A stretch of 64,000 nt of DNA. It comes from a virus. The stretch's first letter is position 1; each line of letters opens with the position of its first letter. Of this stretch, positions 54,111 through 62,967 are shown in pieces. A program made the translations under genes and the position numbers. The stretch spans positions 4,615-68,614 of IMG/VR virus record IMGVR_UViG_3300008050_000001, one strand, 5' to 3'. A model generated the notes under the pieces. The model was given only the letters and a program-made list of their open reading frames with translations, made no database searches and was not told the DNA's origin.

Positions 54111-55844
54111 TTAGACGGCCCCCTCAACTCTCGATTCAACAACCGTAGGTTCGATGTAGTTCTCGTTTGCATCCATAACTTCGTTAGCATCAAGGCCAAT
54201 CATCCGAAGGTCATTCTCATTCCAGTCAGCAAGAGCCTCAAGGAAGGCTTGACGGACTGGGAGTCCGTGGACTTCCGTCATTGCATAAGCAACTTGGAGA
54301 TGCCGAGGGCTAATGATACGCTGAATGTTTGCGTTGTTCATCTTCTCCCTTGCATCAATCAATAGGTTCCGTAGTTCAGCATTGGGGCAAAAGGACTTCT
54401 CAAGTGCCTCATCATATCCCCAGTTCACTATGCCTCCGGCAAATCGGTTCAGAGTAGCACCGTCTAACTGGTTAGCGGCATTGTAAGTTCGGTTCCCACC
54501 ATGACCAAAGGTATTAGCGGTGCAAATGAAGACGGAGTCTTCATGGCGGGTTGCTACTGTGCCGTCAGGAAGAGGCCAACTTGAACCGGCTATAGCCGCA
54601 TTTAGAGCAACGGCAGTTCCACTTGCTAATCTGTCGAACTCGTCGAAGACGATGATTCCACCACGCTGATACGCTTCCACGACTTTTGATTGAGTATATA
54701 CTGGAAGTCCATCGGAGATGTTTGGAACAGTAGCCCCAGTAATCTCGGTAGGTAGCATCTCTTCATTACATGAAACAATGACTATTCCAGCATCAGGGTT
54801 ATCGGCAAAGCCGCCCTCTGCTCTTGGTATCTTTAGCAATGCTCTCAAAATCTGCTCTGCACCGAAGGTCTTTCCACTTCCGGCAGGGCCTACAAGTAGA
54901 CTGTTTATTCTGCGGTTCTGAACAAAGGTTCGACAGTTGCGAAGCAGTCTGAGGAACTTGTTGTGTATCATCTCTTCAAAGACTACCTCAGGACTCTCAA
55001 GAGTCGTTAGCCTTAGTGGGGCTGAGGAAGCAATATCTCTGACCTCTTGGGTAAGTTCGGAGAACTTGGTTGCTAATTCAGCATTGTGAACTTGGGTGAA
55101 GTTCCTTCCCCACTCTCTAAGTGGTGCTTCAATCAGGCCGAAGATAGCAGAACCTTCCGCTGAAATCTGAGGCGTGGCCTTTGGCTCAGGTGTAGATTCA
55201 GGTTGAGGGGTAGGTGTCTTTTCCTCAGGTTGAGGTTCAGGACTTGGCCTACCTTCGGTGTAGTGAGAAGCGAACTCCCTAGGGAACTTCCTACCTTCGG
55301 TATCAGGCTGATAGCACTCATTGAGTCCGTTAGGAGTTCCATGACCTAGGGTCAAGTTTGCTAGTCGTGGAGTGTATAGACCCTCTACGGCATGAGTATA
55401 GACAATCAAACGGTTCGCTTCAACTGGATTGCCGGTTGACCTCCGTCTAACCGCGGGAACCCTTCGGTCAGTTATGGCGCAGTCAATATGATACCACGCC
55501 GTTGCTTTCTTGCTTCCCCTTCGGGGTTGAATCAATACATTGACCACTTCGTGACCTTGCATATCCTCATCACAACAAGGGCAAAGTGAGGACTTCTCGG
55601 CTTTCAGCCGATAGGCCCCACTATACTGACCTCTCATTCGCTCTCTTAGCAACCTTCTATGCGAAGCATCAACCATTCCTAGAGTGAAAGGAACTGCTGA
55701 AAGCAATGTTATTGCTAACTGCACCCAGTCACCACTTAGGGATGGCTCTACCTCGCTAAAGACCGTAGGCAGTAGAGCAAAACCTACGGTCAGGGCAATC
55801 ATCATTATCGGCATCAGGACATTTCGACTTCTCGACTCCATCAA
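54111..55844 (-). CDS. MoxR/CobS-type AAA+ ATPase with N-terminal extension
   Basis: GPAGSGKT, IVFDEFD, TANTFG and LDGATLNRF. Confidence 0.9.
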   Translation of the reverse strand: MMESRSRNVLMPIMMIALTVGFALLPTVFSEVEPSLSGDWVQLAITLLSAVPFTLGMVDASHRRLLRERMRGQYSGAYRLKAEKSSLCPCCDEDMQGHEVVNVLIQPRRGSKKATAWYHIDCAITDRRVPAVRRRSTGNPVEANRLIVYTHAVEGLYTPRLANLTLGHGTPNGLNECYQPDTEGRKFPREFASHYTEGRPSPEPQPEEKTPTPQPESTPEPKATPQISAEGSAIFGLIEAPLREWGRNFTQVHNAELATKFSELTQEVRDIASSAPLRLTTLESPEVVFEEMIHNKFLRLLRNCRTFVQNRRINSLLVGPAGSGKTFGAEQILRALLKIPRAEGGFADNPDAGIVIVSCNEEMLPTEITGATVPNISDGLPVYTQSKVVEAYQRGGIIVFDEFDRLASGTAVALNAAIAGSSWPLPDGTVATRHEDSVFICTANTFGHGGNRTYNAANQLDGATLNRFAGGIVNWGYDEALEKSFCPNAELRNLLIDAREKMNNANIQRIISPRHLQVAYAMTEVHGLPVRQAFLEALADWNENDLRMIGLDANEVMDANENYIEPTVVESRVEGAV

Positions 55845-55865
55845 CCATTCGCGCAGGCACTCGCA

Positions 55866-56610
55866 CTAAAACCTACCGTTGCTATAGCAACTTCATACGC
55901 GGTTTTAGGCCATCTCGACTTGACTCAGGTTTAGGGCAACCGAAAAATTATGCTGGATTAACTCAGAGTTAATCTGCACACGGATATGTTTCAACTGGAT
56001 AATCAAAGATTATCCATTTGAAATCACACATCACGATTTCTCAGCGCGGTTCCACGCGGGTTGCTGAAAGCAACCTTCACACGCAGAACCATAGGAGAAT
56101 GCGTCAAGTCCTCCATTTTTCCGAACCACTTAGAGGCGGTATGTGGCTCACGCAAGACCCTGCTCGCGCACATGGGGCTTCTGATGACCCTCCTGAGCGT
56201 ATGTGCGCCGTCTTCGCGCCTAAGTTCATCGGTTTTCGACCCCTTCTCCAATTCTACCTCCCTAAAGTCTGACTTTAGGAAGGTAGTAGCCGGACCTAAA
56301 AAAGTCCTAATAACTTCGTGACTTACAGTCAATATCTGATTAGAAAGAAGTTGAATTGCTGACCAATCGGCCTCAAATCTAAACAACGGGGCAAGGTTTC
56401 GCCGTAGAAGCCACCTTGACTATATGTTCTGAGGACTAACCCCCTTCACCTTCGGTGCTTCCTTAAGTCAAAAAAAGTTTGAAGAACTCCAACCTTAATA
56501 ACAAGACTCTATCGAAGATAGAGAAAAGAGATTAAAATTAGCATTCGGCTCGAATCTCAAACAGCCTACGGCTGAAATTGCCGTTGCTAAAATCGGAGCC
56601 TACGGCTTCC
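55866..56610. other. Second non-coding island packed with inverted repeats
   Basis: Stems at 55956-55974, 55989-56023, 56059-56075, 56166-56208, 56254-56286, 56507-56523 and 56562-56574. Confidence 0.75.
55878..55891. promoter_or_regulatory. Perfect palindrome GTTGCTATAGCAAC (two head-to-head motif half-sites)
   Basis: Seen directly; nested in a CTAAAACC/GGTTTTAG inverted repeat upstream of the AAA+ gene. Confidence 0.6.
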
Positions 56611-56857
56611 TCTTTCCGATTGCTCCATTTGGAATCCTGATAACTCTGTTATCAGAATCCATCTCTTCAACCAAAATGAGGCATTGAGGACCACCTTTGG
56701 TGAAGTTCATCGGAATCTCAGGATTGCTACGCAAATTGCTGAGGATTCTCAGACCTCTTTTGATTTGGTCTAAAGACCAAATATCCTCCTTTCGTCGTCT
56801 TACGACGAAGTAGACATTCACCATTCTCACTTTTTCCAACTTCTCATCTCCATTCAT
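56600..56857 (-). CDS. Hypothetical protein
   Basis: GGAGGG SD. Confidence 0.6.
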   Translation of the reverse strand: MNGDEKLEKVRMVNVYFVVRRRKEDIWSLDQIKRGLRILSNLRSNPEIPMNFTKGGPQCLILVEEMDSDNRVIRIPNGAIGKRKP

Positions 56858-56871
56858 TCACTTTCCCTCCT

Positions 56872-57382
56872 TCAATCGTAGATTGAATCAACACTACTCC
56901 AGTCATTCAGAAAATTGTCCTTTTCGGCTCGCAGTCTTTCGATTTCGTCTTGTTCAAATGCTTCCATTATTTCAGCCCAATCCTCGTCGGACTCAATCGG
57001 ACAATCTGTGCAAGAATCGACGGTTATTGATGGGTCATTGTCGTGGTAAATCATGGTTTCTAGGATGAGTTCGGTAGCCTCTGAGTCTAGCGTTTCTAGG
57101 TCAACAATCGTGGTCCATGCAATCACTACATCTCCTTCATCGTCTTGAAATCGGCAGAGCAGAATTGCGTCTTCTGAGGTCGGGTCATCGTCATTGTAGA
57201 CCTTTAGGTCTAGTATGTCGAAGTGAGGCCATCGGTTGACGGGTATGTCGAACCAATAGCCCTCAGAGGGAAGAAAAATTGCTCCCTCATCGGGTGGTCT
57301 TTCGGATATTGGAACCCTAAAGGGTTCCACATCGTCGGCATTTTCGGGTATATCGTCGCTCCAGTTCGGCATTTTAGCCATG
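56872..57382 (-). CDS. Highly acidic hypothetical protein, first gene of the leftward arm
   Basis: D/E-rich; probable start at MAKMP (~57381); the ORF track starts it at 57399. Confidence 0.6.
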
Positions 57383-57635
57383 TTCAACCGTAAGCACATG
57401 AGAACTTCAACTTATGGTCAACCCAAAACAGGCTCTCAGTCCATCGGTTTTGGTCGTTTTAGCAACCGAAATAGCAAGCAAAAATTGCCGCCAAAAATTG
57501 ACCCCTCGGTGAGGTGGTTGGTCGCCAACCCCCTTTCAAAATATACAATAATTTTTTTCAAAACCGCTAAATCCCCCATAAACAATATAAAACTTACATA
57601 ATCTTAATAAATCAAACGAATACTCGTTAATCTAT

Positions 57636-57959
57636 ATGCCTAAGAACCGACAATTGAAGAATGTAATCATGGGCCACCACATCGTGGATGGCGGAGTGGA
57701 TACCGCAGACCTATCATCAGCAGTCACCGCAGTTTTAGCGGATTATGCAGTCGAGAAGACTACTGCTGGCGGAAGTGCTACTGAGGCCATAACCGTCACA
57801 GGCGTGTCTACATCTTCTAAGATAATTGCTACACTTAAGGATGACGGGTCAAACAATGTGACCATCAAGACCGCTAAGGCTACCGGCGCAAACACCGTGA
57901 CTGTTGTTTTCTCCGCAGACCCCGGTAATGATGCGATAGTTGCTATAGCCGCATTCTAA
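57636..57959 (+). CDS. Putative virion decoration/fibre protein
   Basis: A/T/V-rich beta protein; TTAATAA TATA about 25 nt upstream. Confidence 0.55.
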   Translation: MPKNRQLKNVIMGHHIVDGGVDTADLSSAVTAVLADYAVEKTTAGGSATEAITVTGVSTSSKIIATLKDDGSNNVTIKTAKATGANTVTVVFSADPGNDAIVAIAAF

Positions 57960-59464
57960 AGTCTGAACCTCACATAACGAGAGTTCGCATCCCTATGAAC
58001 GGTAGTTGTAGGTTTATCCTTAGATGCACCCCAACCACCAACCGATGCAGAGTTGCCTACCATAGGAGAATCATTACCCCCCTTACTTTGGAACTGGTCT
58101 ATAGCGTGAGCCAAAGCCATAACAATATCGTTATGTCTACCCTTGTCTACAATAACGCCATTATCCCAAGCATGGGTTTCTAATTCTTCTAACATTTCAT
58201 TCATTACCTTTCTCGTATGGTCATTACCATAGGGGATAACAACTTTACCTTGTTCAAACCAAGACCTAAGCCTCATTAGTAGAGATTGCTTAAGAACTCT
58301 ATTCTGAACAGGGCTTGCTCTATAATCAACATTGGCTCCCTTATTTCTTATGAGAGCCTGATATAATCTTTGGAATCCGGCAGACTCAGCCGCAAAAATA
58401 GGGTTTCTGTAAAGTGTGCATAATCTAATGATTTCTTCTACTTGTTTAGTAGGTTCAAAGTCATTATGTCGCCAAATATCTACTATGTGTAAGAAGCCCT
58501 CCTTATCTTGACGAACTATTACCATAACGCTATAGTCCTTGCCGATACCATGAGAAGGGTCAAAACCAATAACATATCTGCCGCTATGCAATTTTTCATG
58601 TTCTAAGGTAGCATCCATGTTAAGATGTTGTCTTGTTAGTCGAGAGGGATATACCGCAGAGTCATCATCAACAACCCTACATAGGTATTCTTGGGAAAAC
58701 GCTAATTCACCCATAGCAACTCTCTGTTCGAGTAAGAAGTCTACACTTCTATATTCAGGCCATAAGCAAATAGGCTCTATATTCTCAGGGTCTTTGGCCC
58801 ATTCATCATAATTGATGATACTGCCCTTCTTCCAAGACTTCCAAGCCTCATTGTTTAGCATTTCTGTGTGGTATAGGTCAGTTAGAGCCAAAGGTGTTCC
58901 TACTACAAATATAGATGTATCAGGACTCAACATAGGAGTTAGTTTCTTACGAAACCAATTTCTAACTACTTCATCAGACATATCTGCTGAATCGTCTAAC
59001 ACATCGTCTAAAATGATACGCGCAGGGTGTTCTCCACGAATAGCAGAACCTACAGATGATGCCTTAATCCAAGAACCATTAGTTAGACGCAACTCCCACT
59101 TACCACCGCGCTTCTCATCTAACAATTTAGACAAATCGGGATGCCTTCTCAAATCTTCTCTAATCTCTTCAAGCCTGTTAGCGGCTAATTCTTTACTGGC
59201 CGAAAAGAGCCATGTAGTAAATGGTTTATTACGCCACTTCTCAAAAAGAAGGGAATGTAAAGCCTTAACTCTTAGTGTAGTTGATTTACTGTGGTCACGC
59301 GGAGCAATCAATAAGACGCGATGAACTGCCGCGCCCTTTCTATCATTGAATAAATCAAACCACTCACTAATATGTTCGCCCCAAGTATAGCCAAGCCACT
59401 CGTAAAAATGTTGAGGGTCATATCTACTTCGCTGTAGATTGAAACTACTCATCAGGCCAGTCAT
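57956..59464 (-). CDS. terL: Terminase large subunit
   Basis: APRDHSKST, IRGEH, IILDD, VVGTP, FSQEY, GFDPS..DYS and HNDIVMA. Confidence 0.95.
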   Translation of the reverse strand: MTGLMSSFNLQRSRYDPQHFYEWLGYTWGEHISEWFDLFNDRKGAAVHRVLLIAPRDHSKSTTLRVKALHSLLFEKWRNKPFTTWLFSASKELAANRLEEIREDLRRHPDLSKLLDEKRGGKWELRLTNGSWIKASSVGSAIRGEHPARIILDDVLDDSADMSDEVVRNWFRKKLTPMLSPDTSIFVVGTPLALTDLYHTEMLNNEAWKSWKKGSIINYDEWAKDPENIEPICLWPEYRSVDFLLEQRVAMGELAFSQEYLCRVVDDDSAVYPSRLTRQHLNMDATLEHEKLHSGRYVIGFDPSHGIGKDYSVMVIVRQDKEGFLHIVDIWRHNDFEPTKQVEEIIRLCTLYRNPIFAAESAGFQRLYQALIRNKGANVDYRASPVQNRVLKQSLLMRLRSWFEQGKVVIPYGNDHTRKVMNEMLEELETHAWDNGVIVDKGRHNDIVMALAHAIDQFQSKGGNDSPMVGNSASVGGWGASKDKPTTTVHRDANSRYVRFRL

Positions 59465-59675
59465 TGTAGCCCCCTACAGATGTATTGGATATAACCAAGG
59501 GGAAACCTACCCACTCAGCCATATACTCAACTAGACTTTCAATTTCTTGTCTATCAAGAACGGCAGTCATCATGTGTGCATCACTATCAAGTATACAAAG
59601 AATGAGAGAATCTTCATCGTCAGATGATTCTCCAATTATTACGCAAGAGTCTTCTGTAGTCCATGAATCATTCAT
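59445..59675 (-). CDS. Small acidic hypothetical protein
   Basis: GGTGA SD; translationally coupled. Confidence 0.55.
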   Translation of the reverse strand: MNDSWTTEDSCVIIGESSDDEDSLILCILDSDAHMMTAVLDRQEIESLVEYMAEWVGFPLVISNTSVGGYNDWPDE

Positions 59676-60936
59676 TCAAATCACCATTTAACACTTTAAG
59701 TGTTCTAATACCATCTCTTAGGTCTGTAAAGACCTGTATACTTCTCTTATCAGGGGATAAGATAACTAACGGACAGGTAGCCCTTTCTGCTTGATACCCT
59801 ATCATTTCAGAATACCCATCTATCATCTTGTATGACCCCGGCCTTATGGCCCACCTTTCTAAACCATGTCTTGTGAAAGGCTCACTAACTGGAGTATGGT
59901 GATGACCTACTACTCCAATATCGAAATCACACTCGCCATCTTCCCACATCTTTTTGACTACTCTTGCTGGATTCAAAGCAGAGTTGCCTCTTCTCTTGTG
60001 TCTAATCGAGAAATTATAGGGGATATTGTTTACTAACAATCGAACATTGAGTTCGTGTGGATGATAGATAACATCTAAATCACTTGCTTTCTTACCCAAT
60101 GGGTCGTAGTCTGTTAGGCTAGAGGTCCATAGGTCGTGATTACCTGCTACAATAGCCAGTATCTTATCACCGAACATATCTATGTAGTGGTCACACAACT
60201 TCCATTGGGTCGAAGGGGGGATTTTCTGCCTCATTGCTGGTTTAGGCTTATCGACCATGAAGTTGTCTATGAAATCTCCAGCGTGGATAACGAAGCAATT
60301 ATCTGTATCTCGGACTAATTCAGCGTCTTCGCGCATACGAGCGTGGTCGGTTTTGGTATTGCCTATGTGTTGGTCGCTTGCTAATGCAACACCAATATAG
60401 TTCTTTGAGTTGAATGTTATTTCAGCCCACCTTGCACTCTCTAAGTTCTCTATACTCTTTGTTGAAAGTTCTTCAACTGACTCCCATAAGTCTTCTATGG
60501 TCTGACTACTACCTTTGAAGTGTGTTGATGTAAAGTCATTGTTTTGTATAATGGTGATTGCACCATTCATTTTGGCTTGGTGTATTCTTGCTTCCCAACC
60601 CTTTCTACTAATTTCAGGGTGTTCTGAGTGTAATTTGCGAGATAATGAGTTCTGACTACCTTCCCAAGACTTCGGAATGAACTTTGTATAGTCAGATGTT
60701 CTTTCGTAAAAGGTTTCAGGCATCTCGCCCAAATTGTGGTGTCTATAGGTTCGGATATTCCAACGCCAAGCCTCACTCGACTTGTTCGGGTATACGCCCG
60801 CAAGGTATCGTGAAAAGGCTGTATCTGAGCCTAGTTCTTTCCATTCTTCTAAATGGCTTGTTATTACCGACACATGGTCATACTTACTGTTCTTGGTGGT
60901 TCCCATAACCATTGGTAGATAGTGATGCCTTATCAA
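59668..60936 (-). CDS. Calcineurin-like metallophosphoesterase with N-terminal repeated helical domain
   Basis: SDQHIG, AGDFID, GNHD and GHHH; probable start near MVMG (~60912). Confidence 0.85.
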   Translation of the reverse strand: MIRHHYLPMVMGTTKNSKYDHVSVITSHLEEWKELGSDTAFSRYLAGVYPNKSSEAWRWNIRTYRHHNLGEMPETFYERTSDYTKFIPKSWEGSQNSLSRKLHSEHPEISRKGWEARIHQAKMNGAITIIQNNDFTSTHFKGSSQTIEDLWESVEELSTKSIENLESARWAEITFNSKNYIGVALASDQHIGNTKTDHARMREDAELVRDTDNCFVIHAGDFIDNFMVDKPKPAMRQKIPPSTQWKLCDHYIDMFGDKILAIVAGNHDLWTSSLTDYDPLGKKASDLDVIYHPHELNVRLLVNNIPYNFSIRHKRRGNSALNPARVVKKMWEDGECDFDIGVVGHHHTPVSEPFTRHGLERWAIRPGSYKMIDGYSEMIGYQAERATCPLVILSPDKRSIQVFTDLRDGIRTLKVLNGDLNE

Positions 60937-60981
60937 GTTTCATTCTTTTTGGTATTAGAAATAATATCAGACAAATAATAG

Positions 60982-61108
60982 GCTCGCAGTATAGCGGTTT
61001 TGTTATTCTTTCAATACTCTATAGGGTATTTTAGAGAAAGGGGGGAGTATATATCTCCTAATACCCTATAGAGAATAAAAACAATTTGGGAATCGCTATA
61101 CTGCGAGC
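60982..61108. repeat. Long imperfect palindromic element B
   Basis: Perfect 15-bp arms (60982-60996/61094-61108) and 14-bp arms (61017-61030/61060-61073). Confidence 0.9.
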
Positions 61109-61199
61109 AAGTAATTCGTTTTCATTATTTTTGGCTACGAAAAGAATAAACAGACAACTCATGTAAAGGGTGATAAATCATTCTATATTCTCTTCGGAC

Positions 61200-61478
61200 A
61201 TGGATGACGCAACGCTCGCGGTCATGGCTCGATTAGACCTTGTGAGGGATGATGTGTCGGATATTAAGACCGTGCTTAGGGAACAACAAAATGAACATAG
61301 ACAACACGGAAAAAGATTAGACGAAGTAGAGGTTTCATTAGAAGATGTAAAAGAAAACCAAAAGAAGATACTGGAAGGGCCAGTATATAGCCTCGACCGC
61401 TTTATTACTAAGAGAGTAGCACAAATGACTGGTGGTATGGGTATGATTTTGTTTCTTCTCTACCAGTTAATTGCCTGA
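61200..61478 (+). CDS. Coiled-coil protein with C-terminal TM helix
   Basis: Heptads followed by GMGMILFLLYQLIA; ATG 61200 lies about 25 nt after a TATA-like element. Confidence 0.65.
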   Translation: MDDATLAVMARLDLVRDDVSDIKTVLREQQNEHRQHGKRLDEVEVSLEDVKENQKKILEGPVYSLDRFITKRVAQMTGGMGMILFLLYQLIA

Positions 61479-61512
61479 AAAGTTGATATATGAGCGACAA
61501 ACTGGAAGATAT

Positions 61513-62967
61513 ATGGGCCTATTCGATAGAATCTTGGGTAGAAATGCCGAAAAACCCAAAAATACCGAAATAAACATTGCATCTGCTTGGGCTAATGCAA
61601 GAAAAGCAGATACAAGCGAAAATCCGTTGCTACTTGCCGCCGCCGCAGGTCTTAGCGACATAATGGCGGATTCTAACAAACTACGAACAAATACCAACTT
61701 TACTACAGATTTCGATATATACGACTCTATGCTTGAGTTGGACCCCGAATTGAACGGTGCGGTTAGAGCAGTATCTCTTACGGCTAACAATTACAATCTG
61801 AATTACAAGAGCGCAAAGAACGCAAACATCAGAGAATCAGTTAGAATGTTAGTAGAAGAAACAATTGACTTCGATGATATACTCATCAATGCTATGAGGA
61901 ACCTAATGGTATATGGAAATGATATAAACAAACTGGTTGGTAGAACTGGTGTTGGTATAACACAAGTGCAATCTCTACCAATTTCACAAATGACCATTAC
62001 TGATGGAAGACCAAGCACCCAAATGACTGACCGAAATAACCCAATTATTGACCCCACTACTTACATTATCAGAGAGGGCGACCAAACACAAGAAGATTTC
62101 AACGCAGATGAAATACTACACATTAGAATTGACTATAGAAGCAATTGGTTTACAGATGCTGAAAACAGAGAAACCTATGGTGTATGGGGTGCTTCTCGAT
62201 TTTCTTCCCTGAAACAAGCAATCAGAGCAAAATACAATACTCTCAACAACAGAATGGCTTTAGAAGAGTCTATGACCAAACAATTCATTACGATTAACAA
62301 ATCTGCTATAGAGCATATTAGCGACCCCGATGAGCAAAAGGCTCGATTAACATATATCATGGATGAGGTAGTAAAGACCTTAGAATCACTAAGGGGCGAC
62401 CAAGTGCCTATTTTCCCTGACTACATACAGATTCACCACACAGATACAAGAAACACAATTCCTGATAATACATCATTCCTCGATACCGTGAATGCTGATA
62501 TTGCGGCGGTGCTTCAAGTTCCAAGAGTAGCGGCAGGGCAAGAAAGAGGCTCCACCTTCGCGGCCACATATAATGCGAATGTATGGGCCACAACTGCAAT
62601 TAAGAGGCTACAAGGCATTTTGGCGCAATCAGTCCATAATATGTTTTCAAAACACTTAGAATTATTGGGTATTGAGCATCAGATGAAAGACATACCTAAA
62701 TTAGAGTTCTCTCCTGTAGAAGACGAATCTCCTACAGTAAGAATGCAAAGAGCAGTTATTGGTTATAATTCAGGTATTCTTACCCTCAACCAAGCCCTCG
62801 AAACGGTTGGTGAGGAAACACTAGGTAGAAAGGGAGAAGAAAGGAAACAGGAAGGAGAATCCTCAAATAGTGGAGATTTGCCTCGCAGAGATTCACAACC
62901 GGGGCAACCGCAAGATGAACCAGTAGTGGAGGAACCTGAGGTAGAAGAGCCTGAGGTAGACGAATGA
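61513..62967 (+). CDS. Portal protein
   Basis: MGLFDRILG start, LMVYGN, EILHIR, YGVWGAS and IAAVLQVP. Confidence 0.85.
   Translation: MGLFDRILGRNAEKPKNTEINIASAWANARKADTSENPLLLAAAAGLSDIMADSNKLRTNTNFTTDFDIYDSMLELDPELNGAVRAVSLTANNYNLNYKSAKNANIRESVRMLVEETIDFDDILINAMRNLMVYGNDINKLVGRTGVGITQVQSLPISQMTITDGRPSTQMTDRNNPIIDPTTYIIREGDQTQEDFNADEILHIRIDYRSNWFTDAENRETYGVWGASRFSSLKQAIRAKYNTLNNRMALEESMTKQFITINKSAIEHISDPDEQKARLTYIMDEVVKTLESLRGDQVPIFPDYIQIHHTDTRNTIPDNTSFLDTVNADIAAVLQVPRVAAGQERGSTFAATYNANVWATTAIKRLQGILAQSVHNMFSKHLELLGIEHQMKDIPKLEFSPVEDESPTVRMQRAVIGYNSGILTLNQALETVGEETLGRKGEERKQEGESSNSGDLPRRDSQPGQPQDEPVVEEPEVEEPEVDE

Noticed and set aside
56181-56260. Hammerhead ribozyme (CUGAUGA)
   Set aside because: No stem II followed by GAAA at a workable distance.
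56018-56386. Three overlapping ORFs in hairpin island 2
   Set aside because: Mutually overlapping, atypical composition and no start signals.
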